From Anaerohalosphaeraceae bacterium (GTDB lineage Bacteria; Planctomycetota; Phycisphaerae; Sedimentisphaerales; Anaerohalosphaeraceae), in NCBI GenBank assembly GCA_963675525.2, contig CAXXSL010000018.1:32001-96000 (forward strand): DNA of 64,000 nt. The letters are read 5' to 3'. Shown here piece after piece: positions 1 to 8,859 of this stretch. A program made the translations under genes and the position numbers. The notes under the pieces are model-generated. The model saw nothing but the letters and a program-made list of their open reading frames with translations. It searched no databases and had not been told where the DNA came from. The first letter of the stretch is position 1. Every line of letters begins with the position of its first letter.

Positions 1-456
1 CGTATAAAGGATCTGGGTGTCGGCGGGGAGATTTATTACCCGCATCGCGAAAATGCGGCCGCTGCGGCTGTGGCGTCTAAGATGGCTGGAGATATCTATG
101 AAGCCGAATCTGCTAAAATGGTTAATTGTACCGTCGCGGATAATATTAAAGGCTACCAGGGCACCGGTTTTGTGGATTTTGGCGACACGGACGGTTCTGT
201 CGAATGGGATAATGTTTTGGCCGATCAAGCCGGTGAGTACAAATTGACATTCCGTTATGCCGCCGCCGGCACTCGACCGTGCGAGTTGTATATCAACGGA
301 CAAAAAACGGGAAGGGTGGATTTTAGCAGTACCGGCGGCTGGGAAAACTGGAGAACGGTCGATGTGCCGGCGACCTTCAAGAAAGGCGGCAACTTCGTGA
401 GAGTCGTCGCTATCGGTGCCGGTCCGAACCTTGACGCCATGGCCGTCACGAAATAA
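1..456 (+). CDS. 5'-truncated protein with C-terminal CBM35/CBM6-like carbohydrate-binding module, probably preceded by a DUF1080 domain
   Basis: Frame 1 is open from base 1 (RIKDLGVGGEIYYP...). YEAE..., GYQGTGFVDF, YKLTFRYA, STGGWENW and GPNLDAMAV are typical of CBM35/6. RIKDL resembles the DUF1080 C-terminal RNIRIKEL motif. Confidence 0.7.
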   Translation, partial: RIKDLGVGGEIYYPHRENAAAAAVASKMAGDIYEAESAKMVNCTVADNIKGYQGTGFVDFGDTDGSVEWDNVLADQAGEYKLTFRYAAAGTRPCELYINGQKTGRVDFSSTGGWENWRTVDVPATFKKGGNFVRVVAIGAGPNLDAMAVTK

Positions 457-468
457 ATGAACACAATC

Positions 469-500
469 ATCCCCCTGTCCGAATTTTCGGACGGAGGGAT
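469..500 (+). other. Intergenic stem-loop (mRNA-stabilising or weak terminator)
   Basis: atccccctgtccgaa-tt-ttcggacggagggat imperfect inverted repeat with no U-tract. Confidence 0.4.
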
Positions 501-547
501 ATGTAACATGGTTTGCACGATGACGTGAAGTTGTTTTACGGATTGAA

Positions 548-1888
548 ATGAAGAAAACGATCAACAGACGTTCTTTTTTGCATCAAACAGCACGGTTGGC
601 GGCCGGAGTGGTCGGCTTTCCGTACATTGTCCGTTCATCGGCTTTAGGCAAAGCCGGAACGGTTGCGCCCAGCAACCGTCTTGTCATGGCACAAATTGGC
701 TGCGGCGGAATGGGGGGAAGCAATTTAAAGTCATTTCTGAATTATCAAAACGATATTCAGGTTGTCGCGGTTTGTGATGTGGACAATCGTCATGCGTTGG
801 AAAAAAAGCGGACCGTTGATGAAAGATACGGCAATCAGGATTGTAAAATCTATCGTGATTTCCGAGAATTGATCGATGCTGAATCAATTGATGTTGTCAG
901 CCATGCGTTGCCGGATCATTGGCATGCGGCCGTATCTATAGCCTGCGCGAGAAAAGGCATTGATATGTACGGCGAAAAACCCCTGGCCCGCACAATTAGC
1001 GAGGGACGTGCAATTTGTGATGCAATCCAACGATACGGCATTATTTGGCAGACCGGCAGTTGGCAGCGGTCACGGGAACCGTTCCGCCATGCCGCTGAAC
1101 TGGTTCGTAACGGCCGTATTGGAACAGTCCGGCATGTGGAAGTGGGCCTGCCAAACGGGGAAGGCCCCATCGGGCCCAAGCCGGATGTCGTGTCGCGGCC
1201 GGATTATATTGATTATGACCTTTGGCTTGGACCTGCTCCGTGGCGGCCGTATCAAAATTTGAACCGCGATACGGAATCGAATCAAGCAAAAACCGGTCTG
1301 CATTATAACTGGCGTCATATTTTCGACTATTCCGGCGGCAAACTGACGGACTGGGGCGGTCACCATATTGATATTGCACACTGGGGACTTGGCCTTGATT
1401 ATACCGGGCCGGTTGCGGTTGAAGGCCGGGGAAAATATCCCGAGTCGGGAATCTATGATGTTGCGTATGATTATGACTTTGTCTGTCAGTATGCGAATGG
1501 GGTTACACTGCGGGTGGCCAACCGGTCCAACCTGCCGCACGGACAGGGTGTCTGCTGGTATGGCGATGACGGCTGGTTGTTTGTGAGTAGAGGTCAATTC
1601 CAAGCATCCAAGCCTGCAATTTTGCGTGAAAAAATCGGGCCCGATGAGATCAAGCTTTACCAAAGCTCGGATCATCAACAGAATTTTATCGATTGCGTCA
1701 AAACACGGCAGCAGACAGTAACTCCGGCAGAGATCGCTCACCGTTCGATCAGCGTTGCCTTTTTAGGTGAGATCGCAATGCTGACCGGTCGAAAATTAAA
1801 ATGGAATCCTGATCATGAGATGTTTATCGGAGATGAGAGCGCTAATCGCTATTTAAAGCGTCCTTACCGTAGTCCCTGGCAGTTATAA
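548..1888 (+). CDS. Tat-exported Gfo/Idh/MocA family oxidoreductase
   Basis: NRRSFL twin-arginine motif, IGCGGMG Rossmann motif, PDHWH, YGEKPL, DWGGHHIDIAHW. Confidence 0.9.
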   Translation: MKKTINRRSFLHQTARLAAGVVGFPYIVRSSALGKAGTVAPSNRLVMAQIGCGGMGGSNLKSFLNYQNDIQVVAVCDVDNRHALEKKRTVDERYGNQDCKIYRDFRELIDAESIDVVSHALPDHWHAAVSIACARKGIDMYGEKPLARTISEGRAICDAIQRYGIIWQTGSWQRSREPFRHAAELVRNGRIGTVRHVEVGLPNGEGPIGPKPDVVSRPDYIDYDLWLGPAPWRPYQNLNRDTESNQAKTGLHYNWRHIFDYSGGKLTDWGGHHIDIAHWGLGLDYTGPVAVEGRGKYPESGIYDVAYDYDFVCQYANGVTLRVANRSNLPHGQGVCWYGDDGWLFVSRGQFQASKPAILREKIGPDEIKLYQSSDHQQNFIDCVKTRQQTVTPAEIAHRSISVAFLGEIAMLTGRKLKWNPDHEMFIGDESANRYLKRPYRSPWQL

Positions 1889-2291
1889 AATAATCTATTC
1901 GATTCTACAAACGAGGTGGTAATGAAGCACAATTGCATAAATGGTCGGAAATCACCACAAGGATAAAACCGAATAATTTTTTTACCTTGATGAAATGTCA
2001 GAAAAACGCATCTTCTTTTGCTTCTATTTATTTCCAAGACCATCAAAAACTAATCAATTTTATAGACCCACACTCCTATATGTAGGCAATATCACTAATT
2101 TGGACAAAATTAATATAATTTGAAGTCTCTGGGGCGATTTAGCGTGCAATTTTTCCCCATAGCTGACCAATGTCTGCGAAAAAATCCATTCGAAACCTCT
2201 TCAGGGCTAATAATAACCCCCATTCTCAATGAAGATGTAACTTTTTCTAAAATAATAAACACTTTCATACTGACAGAACAAGCGTGGGAAA

Positions 2292-2300
2292 TGGTATAAT
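2292..2300 (+). promoter_or_regulatory. Extended -10 sigma70-type promoter for the DUF1549 operon
   Basis: TGgTATAAT about 100 nt upstream of the ATG at 2402, in an AT-rich intergenic region; CTGACA at 2270-2275. Confidence 0.5.
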
Positions 2301-2401
2301 CATATGAACTTTACGGCTTTAGGGTCATCCCTGGTTGCCGGATGCTCAGACAAGCGTTACAATGTGTCATGTCATTTCAATGATGAAAAAATGAGGCTTA
2401 A

Positions 2402-3997
2402 ATGCAGGATTTTTATTTGAGGGCGATTGGAAAATCTCCGATTATTGCGGCGGCCGTCTTTTTAGTGCTTATGATGAATTTCATAAGCACCGCATCGGCC
2501 GGGACAATTCCTTTTGAAGCAAACGGCGATTTCAAGGCGGCGAATGAGATCGACACTGTTGTCTTAAAAACACTGCAGCAACAAAAAGTCACTCCGACCG
2601 GTTTATGCTCGGATGAAGTTTTCATACGGCGAGTCTATCTGGATGTTCTCGGCACCCTGCCCGAAGCCGAGGAGGTGCGCAAATTTCTCGAAAATCCACG
2701 CCCTGACAAACGGACAACGCTCGTTACGACCCTGATGAAATCAGACAAATTTGCTGATTACTGGACGCTGAAATGGTGCGACCTGTTACGGGTCAAAGCG
2801 GAGTTCCCGATCAATTTATGGCCGAATGCCGTGCAGGCCTATCATCGGTGGGTTCATGACGCGATTGCGGCTGATATGCCCTATGACCAATTTTCGCGTG
2901 AACTGCTGACCTCCAGCGGCAGTAATTTCCGTGTGCCACAGGTTAACTTTTACCGAGCTATTCAAGGACATGAACCTGCAACGATCGCATCCGCCGTCGC
3001 ACTGACTTTCATGGGCAGCCGCATTGAAAGTTGGCCCGCTGACCGCCAGGACGGGATGACGGCCTTTTTCTCACGGGTTGCCTACAAAACGACAGCAGAA
3101 TGGAAAGAGGAAATTGTCTATCTGGATCCGGCTCCCGTCAACGCGTTAAACGCGGTCTTCCCCGACGGCAAAAAAATTCAGATACCACCGAGTCAGGACC
3201 CGCGGCAGATATTCGCTGACTGGCTGATCACCGACGATAATCCCTGGTTTGCGCGTACCATTGTCAACCGCATCTGGTACTGGCTTCTGGGACGGGGCAT
3301 CATCCATGAGCCGGATGACATTCGCCCGGACAATCCGCCCGTCCATCCGGAACTGTTAGCTTATCTGGAAAAAGAACTAGTTCGATCCGGCTATGATTTG
3401 AAACATATTTATCGACTGATTCTGAACTCGGCCACATACCAGCAGTCTTCGATCCCGAAAGGGGACCTGATAAAAGCGGAAACGCTGTTTGCCTGCTATC
3501 CGGTTCGTCAGCTTGACGCCGAGGTCCTGATCGATGCCTTATGCCGAATCACGGGCACGACGGAGACGTATTCCAGTCCTATCCCGGAACCGTTCACCTT
3601 TATTCCGGAGGAAAATCGGTCCATTGAACTGGCCGATGGGAGTATTACCAGCCAGTTCCTGGAAATGTTCGGGCGACCGTCACGGGATAGCGGCCTGCTG
3701 ACGGAACGCAACAATGATCCGTCAGCAACTCAGCGCCGAGCGATATTGAACTCAACCCATATCCAGAAAAAAATCGACCGCAGTCGGCAATTGAACAGCT
3801 GGCTCAAGGGTGCCAGGCGAGATCAGACTCTGCTCATCAAAACGATCTATCTGAATATTCTGTCACGGTATCCGACGGAAACCGAACAGACTGCGGTGGA
3901 AGATTATTTTAAAACGTCGAAGTTAAAACCAAGAGAGGCGGCCGTCGATCTGATCTGGGCCTTAATCAATTCAAAAGAATTTTTGTATCGGCATTGA
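2402..3997 (+). CDS. DUF1549/DUF1553 (PSD1) domain protein, planctomycete type, no cytochrome c domain
   Basis: SDEVFIRRVYLDVLGTLP, NPWFARTIVNRIWYWLLGRGII, HPELLAYL, LIWALINSKEFLYRH. Confidence 0.9.
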   Translation: MQDFYLRAIGKSPIIAAAVFLVLMMNFISTASAGTIPFEANGDFKAANEIDTVVLKTLQQQKVTPTGLCSDEVFIRRVYLDVLGTLPEAEEVRKFLENPRPDKRTTLVTTLMKSDKFADYWTLKWCDLLRVKAEFPINLWPNAVQAYHRWVHDAIAADMPYDQFSRELLTSSGSNFRVPQVNFYRAIQGHEPATIASAVALTFMGSRIESWPADRQDGMTAFFSRVAYKTTAEWKEEIVYLDPAPVNALNAVFPDGKKIQIPPSQDPRQIFADWLITDDNPWFARTIVNRIWYWLLGRGIIHEPDDIRPDNPPVHPELLAYLEKELVRSGYDLKHIYRLILNSATYQQSSIPKGDLIKAETLFACYPVRQLDAEVLIDALCRITGTTETYSSPIPEPFTFIPEENRSIELADGSITSQFLEMFGRPSRDSGLLTERNNDPSATQRRAILNSTHIQKKIDRSRQLNSWLKGARRDQTLLIKTIYLNILSRYPTETEQTAVEDYFKTSKLKPREAAVDLIWALINSKEFLYRH

Positions 3998-4024
3998 TCC
4001 GAACTTAAACGTGAGTACGTTGCT

Positions 4025-5344
4025 ATGAATGATTTCAAATTATTTCCAAACATCACCCGGAGACAGGCATTGAAGCTGGGACTGGCCGCTGCGTCCGGGA
4101 TGGTCACGTTCGATCCGCGGCAGCTTTGGGCGGGGCCGGAACCTTTAAAGGCTCGCGCGAAGTCCGTTATCCAGATATGGATGTGGGGCGGACCGTCTCA
4201 TCTGGACACGTTCGACCCAAAGCCGGAGGCGGGAAACGACTATTGCGGCTCCTTCAAAACACCGATCAAGACAACGGTTGATGGAATCCGTATCTGCGAA
4301 ATGCTGCCGCTGCTGGCCAAACAGGCCGACAAGTATTCGATCATCCGCAGCATGACGCACGGCAACAACGGCCATGAAACCGCTTCGTATATCGTTCAGA
4401 CCGGCCATGAACCGGGACGCCTGGTCTATCCTTCGCTGGGAGCTGTCGTTTCGCTGTTCAAAGGGTACAAACACGGCTACAAAGGGGTTGTTCCGCCGTA
4501 TATCGTATTGACGAAACCGCAGGGTCGCTTTTCGGAAGCCGGTTTCTTAGGTCCCGGTTATAAACCGTTCAGCACCGGCGGAGATCCGGCAAAGAACCCG
4601 TTTGTTGTGGAAGGGATTATCGCGGAGGGAATTTCGGATCAACGTCAGCAGGGACGGCGTGAACTGCTTGACACATTGGACACCCTCGGCAACGCAATGC
4701 CCGCCAATCCTCATTTTGAGAACTTTGACCGGTGTGAAAAAGACGCCTACGAGATGATGTTTGGGGATGCGCGAAAGCTGTTCGATCTGTCAACAGAGAA
4801 AGACCAACTGCGCGATCGCTATGGTCGCAATACATTCGGGCAATCCTGCCTGATGGCCCGTCGATTGGTCGAGCATGGGGTTCCTTACATCACAATTAAT
4901 TATAACGGCTGGGACACACACAAGCAGCATTTTGAAATCATGCAAAGGAAATTACCCGAAATGGATGCGGGGTTTTCGACATTGCTGCAAGACCTGTCCG
5001 AACGCGGTTTACTTGACAGCACCATTGTTTGGTGGGGCGGGGAGTTTGGACGAAGCCCGAAAATCCAGTGGGAATCGCCCTGGAACGGCGGACGCTCGCA
5101 TTACGGAAAATGTTTTTGCAGCGTGGTTTCCGGCGGCGGATTCAAAGGCGGCCGGGTTGTCGGAGCCTCTGATGACAAAGGGAGGGAAGTCGCGGCCCGT
5201 CCGGTGCATCCTAAAGATCTGCTCGCCAGTATTTGCACTCTTATCGGCATCGACCCCAATGGTCCGTTGCCTAATTCGATCAATCAGGATCTGAAAGTCA
5301 TGCCGGCATCCGATAGTAGTGGTCTCTTAACAGAAATTATGTAA
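4025..5344 (+). CDS. DUF1501 domain protein with Tat signal
   Basis: TRRQALK, WMWGGPSHLDTFDPKP, GWDTH, GEFGRSP, GGFKGGRVVGASD. Confidence 0.9.
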   Translation: MNDFKLFPNITRRQALKLGLAAASGMVTFDPRQLWAGPEPLKARAKSVIQIWMWGGPSHLDTFDPKPEAGNDYCGSFKTPIKTTVDGIRICEMLPLLAKQADKYSIIRSMTHGNNGHETASYIVQTGHEPGRLVYPSLGAVVSLFKGYKHGYKGVVPPYIVLTKPQGRFSEAGFLGPGYKPFSTGGDPAKNPFVVEGIIAEGISDQRQQGRRELLDTLDTLGNAMPANPHFENFDRCEKDAYEMMFGDARKLFDLSTEKDQLRDRYGRNTFGQSCLMARRLVEHGVPYITINYNGWDTHKQHFEIMQRKLPEMDAGFSTLLQDLSERGLLDSTIVWWGGEFGRSPKIQWESPWNGGRSHYGKCFCSVVSGGGFKGGRVVGASDDKGREVAARPVHPKDLLASICTLIGIDPNGPLPNSINQDLKVMPASDSSGLLTEIM

Positions 5345-5358
5345 ATTCGAGGGAACAA

Positions 5359-7809
5359 TTGAAGACCGTAAATCTGAAAATTTTAGTCTGGGGTCTTATC
5401 AGCATAAGTTTTATCAACGCCTATTGTCAGGCAGAGAGTATCCAGCCACATATCGGGTATCTTTATCCTGCAGGCGGACAACGGGGACATGATGTTTTGA
5501 TCACCGCAGGCGGACAGTTTCTTCAAAAGCCCGAAGCGGTTTACATTTCCGGCGATGGGGTACATGCGACTGTCGTAAAATACTACCGTCCCACTCGGAA
5601 TCTCCAAAAAGAGCAGCGGGAATTAATCATAAACCGCTTGCAGGAAGTGCGGGACAAACGCATCGCTGAATTGCCGGCCTCCGTGCGGGCCGCGATGTCT
5701 CCCCTGCCGCGGAACGTACCGAAACAACGACGTAATCCAAATCAATCAAAAGAGAACGAAAAGGGACAAGAAAAAAAAGAAACACCCCCAACAAATGTCA
5801 AGATGCCGGAGCATCCGTTATTGTATGACCTGGAGAATAAGAGCCTTCGTCAATTGGCCCACATTACCAAAATGCTGTTCATACCGCGCAGTAAACTTCA
5901 GCAGAATCGACAACTCTCGGAAGCGGTGCTGTTGAAGATCACGATCGACCCGGAAGCGAAACCCGGCCCGCGTGAATTGCGAATCAAGTCCGCGGCGGGA
6001 TTGACAAACCCGATGATTATTCAGATCGGGCAAATGGCTGAATATGCGGAAATGGAGCCGAATGACGAAGAAGCTTACCCAACAAAATTCCCACGGCAGC
6101 CGGAACTGCCGAAAGAAAAATCGCTTGAATTACCCGTGGTACTGAATGGCCAAATTATGCCGGATGACGTTGACCGGTTTCGTTTCCGAGCCAAAGCCGG
6201 ACAACAGCTTGTCATTGAAACGCAGGCCCGAAGTCTGATCCCGTATCTGGCCGACGCCGTTCCCGGATGGTTTCAGGCAACGGTTACTCTATATGATGCT
6301 GATAACAACGAGGTCGCCTACGCAGACGATTACCGTTTTAATCCCGACCCGGTCTTGTATTATAAAATTCCCAAAACCGGCGATTATGAATTACTGGTCC
6401 GGGATTCGGTCTATCGCGGCCGGGACGATTTTGTTTATCGTATTTCGATAGGCGAACTGCCGTTTATCCGGCAGATGTTTCCGCTGGGGGGCAAAGAAGG
6501 CGATAAATCGGTTGCGGCCGTCGAAGGGTGGAATCTGCCGGTGACACAGTTGTCGTTAGATACCCAATCCGGAGGTAAAACCATCCGGCAAACACGCTAT
6601 GAAAAAGAAGGGATTGTTTCAAATTTCGTTCCCTATGCCGTCGATACCCTGCCGGAATGCAATGAGTCAGAACCAGGAGAGAATGTCAAATCGGCACAGC
6701 CGGTCAAGCTGCCGATTATCATCAATGGTCAAATCAGCCCGGCTGATGATTTGGATGTGTATCAATTCCAGGGAAAATCCGGCGACGAAATTACTGCAGA
6801 AGTCTATGCACGCCGGCTTAATTCTCCGCTGGATTCGCTGCTGCGTTTGACCGACGCTTCCGGCAAGATCCTCGAATGGAACGACGACTATGTGTTAAAG
6901 GATACGGCGTTCCTGTTCAAAGACTGTGAGGGACTGCTGACCCATCACGCCGATTCCTATTTGAAGACCAAGCTGCCCGCCGATGGGACATACTATGTAC
7001 AGATTGCCGACTCGGCCAAACACGGGGGCGCCGCTTACGGCTACCGACTTCGCCTGACCACACAAACGCCGGACTTTGAGCTTCGTGTCACGCCCTCCAG
7101 CCTGAGTCCGCGACCCGGAGAGGTCGTTCCTGTTACCGTTTATGTTCTCCGTAAAGACGGCTTCGACGGTCCGATCGAAGTGTCTGTGAAAAATACCCCG
7201 CCCGGATTCAAGCTTGAGGGCGGACATATTCCACCGGGATGTGAGCATATTCGTATGACACTCAAGGCCCCGCAAAAGGCTCTTGATAAGCCGGTGGCCT
7301 TAGAAATAGAAGGCCGGGCTATGGTGGGTGAAAAAACCATTCTCCGCCGGGCCGTTCCTGCCGAAGATATGATGCAGGCATTTCTCTATCGACATCTTGT
7401 TCCCTCGCAGGAGCTTTTGGTCGCAATGCGAAAAGCCCGAAGACCCGTCCCCGTCGTCGAGTTAATGACAAGCAGTCCGATTGCAATTCCGGCAAGCGGT
7501 TCGGTCCGGGTCCGTTTAAAAAGTAACGCACCTCGGTGGTTTATCGAACCGTTGCAATTGGAGCTTCAGGATGCCCCTGAGGGCGTCAGTCTCCATGATG
7601 TAACAGTTGTTCCGGAGGGACTTGTGTTCACACTGAAAGCCGACAGCACCGTTCAAGAAGGACTGGCCGACAATCTGATTATTGAAACGACCAGGGAATT
7701 GGCTCCTCCGGGAGGAAAAAACACCAAAGCAACCAATAATAAACGCCAACAATCGGTCGGCATCATCCCCGCAATCCCTATTCGGATAACGGCTAACCTT
7801 TCAAAATGA
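5359..7809 (+). CDS. Secreted PPC (pre-peptidase C-terminal) repeat protein accompanying DUF1549/DUF1501
   Basis: PHIGYLYPAGGQRG N-terminus; repeated E-x-E-P-N / P-x-x-x-NG-x-I...D-x-D-x-F/Y units; TTG start with GAGGG RBS. Confidence 0.75.
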   Translation: MKTVNLKILVWGLISISFINAYCQAESIQPHIGYLYPAGGQRGHDVLITAGGQFLQKPEAVYISGDGVHATVVKYYRPTRNLQKEQRELIINRLQEVRDKRIAELPASVRAAMSPLPRNVPKQRRNPNQSKENEKGQEKKETPPTNVKMPEHPLLYDLENKSLRQLAHITKMLFIPRSKLQQNRQLSEAVLLKITIDPEAKPGPRELRIKSAAGLTNPMIIQIGQMAEYAEMEPNDEEAYPTKFPRQPELPKEKSLELPVVLNGQIMPDDVDRFRFRAKAGQQLVIETQARSLIPYLADAVPGWFQATVTLYDADNNEVAYADDYRFNPDPVLYYKIPKTGDYELLVRDSVYRGRDDFVYRISIGELPFIRQMFPLGGKEGDKSVAAVEGWNLPVTQLSLDTQSGGKTIRQTRYEKEGIVSNFVPYAVDTLPECNESEPGENVKSAQPVKLPIIINGQISPADDLDVYQFQGKSGDEITAEVYARRLNSPLDSLLRLTDASGKILEWNDDYVLKDTAFLFKDCEGLLTHHADSYLKTKLPADGTYYVQIADSAKHGGAAYGYRLRLTTQTPDFELRVTPSSLSPRPGEVVPVTVYVLRKDGFDGPIEVSVKNTPPGFKLEGGHIPPGCEHIRMTLKAPQKALDKPVALEIEGRAMVGEKTILRRAVPAEDMMQAFLYRHLVPSQELLVAMRKARRPVPVVELMTSSPIAIPASGSVRVRLKSNAPRWFIEPLQLELQDAPEGVSLHDVTVVPEGLVFTLKADSTVQEGLADNLIIETTRELAPPGGKNTKATNNKRQQSVGIIPAIPIRITANLSK

Positions 7810-8028
7810 AAACAATTAGGGGGCAATAAAGGTCTTGTGCGAGATGACTGCCAAAAAACACCGGAATTTTGGTTATGAGCCTGAGAGCAACTGAACTTGC
7901 CGGCTTTGCAAATCAATCAATTTCAGTTATCCGATAAATCCCTGCGCCGCAGACGAATTTTAACGTTCGTCCCCGCAGTTCGGGAAAATATTTCGTAGCA
8001 GAATACCGAATTAAAACTGAAACAAGAC

Positions 8029-8056
8029 TTGAAAGAAAGAAAATAAAGCGTAGAAT
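8029..8056 (+). promoter_or_regulatory. Candidate sigma70 promoter for the GT2 gene
   Basis: TTGAAA-16 nt-TAGAAT upstream of 8092. Confidence 0.3.
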
Positions 8057-8091
8057 ACATGTTTGGATTTCCTTATTTAAAATATCTTTAA

Positions 8092-8853
8092 ATGGCGCCT
8101 GATGCAAAAATGACAAACCTTTCCATCATCATTCCTGTATTTAATGAACAGCATAAGGTCCACCAGGATATCGTTTCAGCAGACCGCTTTATCGCCAGTG
8201 AGGGGATTACAGGTGAAATCATCATTGTAGATGACGGCAGTACTGATGAAACTGCAGTCATCGCTAAAAAAGCTTCAGACAATATTCAGACACGCTTGGT
8301 TCTTGAACGATTGGAACGAAATTCAGGAAAAGGCCGAGCGGTTCGAACAGGTGTACTGAAAAGCCAGGGGGAACTTGTTCTTTTTGCCGACAGCGGAAAC
8401 TGTATCCCCTATACCGATGCAAATAATGGAATTGAACTGATCCTTTCAGAAACGTACCAGATTGCACACGGTTCACGTAAGCTTTCGAATTGTCACATTT
8501 ATCGTCCCCAGTCAGTCTACCGAAAAATCTGTTCACAACTTTTTTACTGGTATTTGATCCATGACATTAAACAACTTGACAATCTGACAGATACGCAATG
8601 CGGATTCAAGATTTATCAGGGCGATGTTGCTCGAGAGCTATATGCCCAAAGCAGTATCGATGGATTTATGTTCGATATTGAAATCATATTGCTGGCCATA
8701 GCGAATGGTTACAATATCGGCGAGTTCCCCGTGAACTGGACATGTGATTCGGACAGTCGGCTTAAGCCTATACATGAATCCTACCGTATATTCAGGGACT
8801 TGATTCGATTAAAAAAACGCTTTGGAAAGCTTCTCACCGTGAGTTCGCCGTAA
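8092..8853 (+). CDS. GT2 glycosyltransferase, polyprenol-phosphate hexosyltransferase (Alg5/DPM-like)
   Basis: LSIIIPVFNE, IIVDDGSTD, NSGKGRAVRTG, DTQCGFK, FMFDIEI. Confidence 0.85.
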   Translation: MAPDAKMTNLSIIIPVFNEQHKVHQDIVSADRFIASEGITGEIIIVDDGSTDETAVIAKKASDNIQTRLVLERLERNSGKGRAVRTGVLKSQGELVLFADSGNCIPYTDANNGIELILSETYQIAHGSRKLSNCHIYRPQSVYRKICSQLFYWYLIHDIKQLDNLTDTQCGFKIYQGDVARELYAQSSIDGFMFDIEIILLAIANGYNIGEFPVNWTCDSDSRLKPIHESYRIFRDLIRLKKRFGKLLTVSSP

Positions 8854-8859
8854 CTTATT

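Noticed and set aside
7871..7893. Minus-strand cagttgctctcaggctcataacc resembling a tRNA-fMet anticodon arm
   Set aside because: No acceptor stem, T-arm (GGTTC) or complete anticodon stem; chance match or unprovable relic
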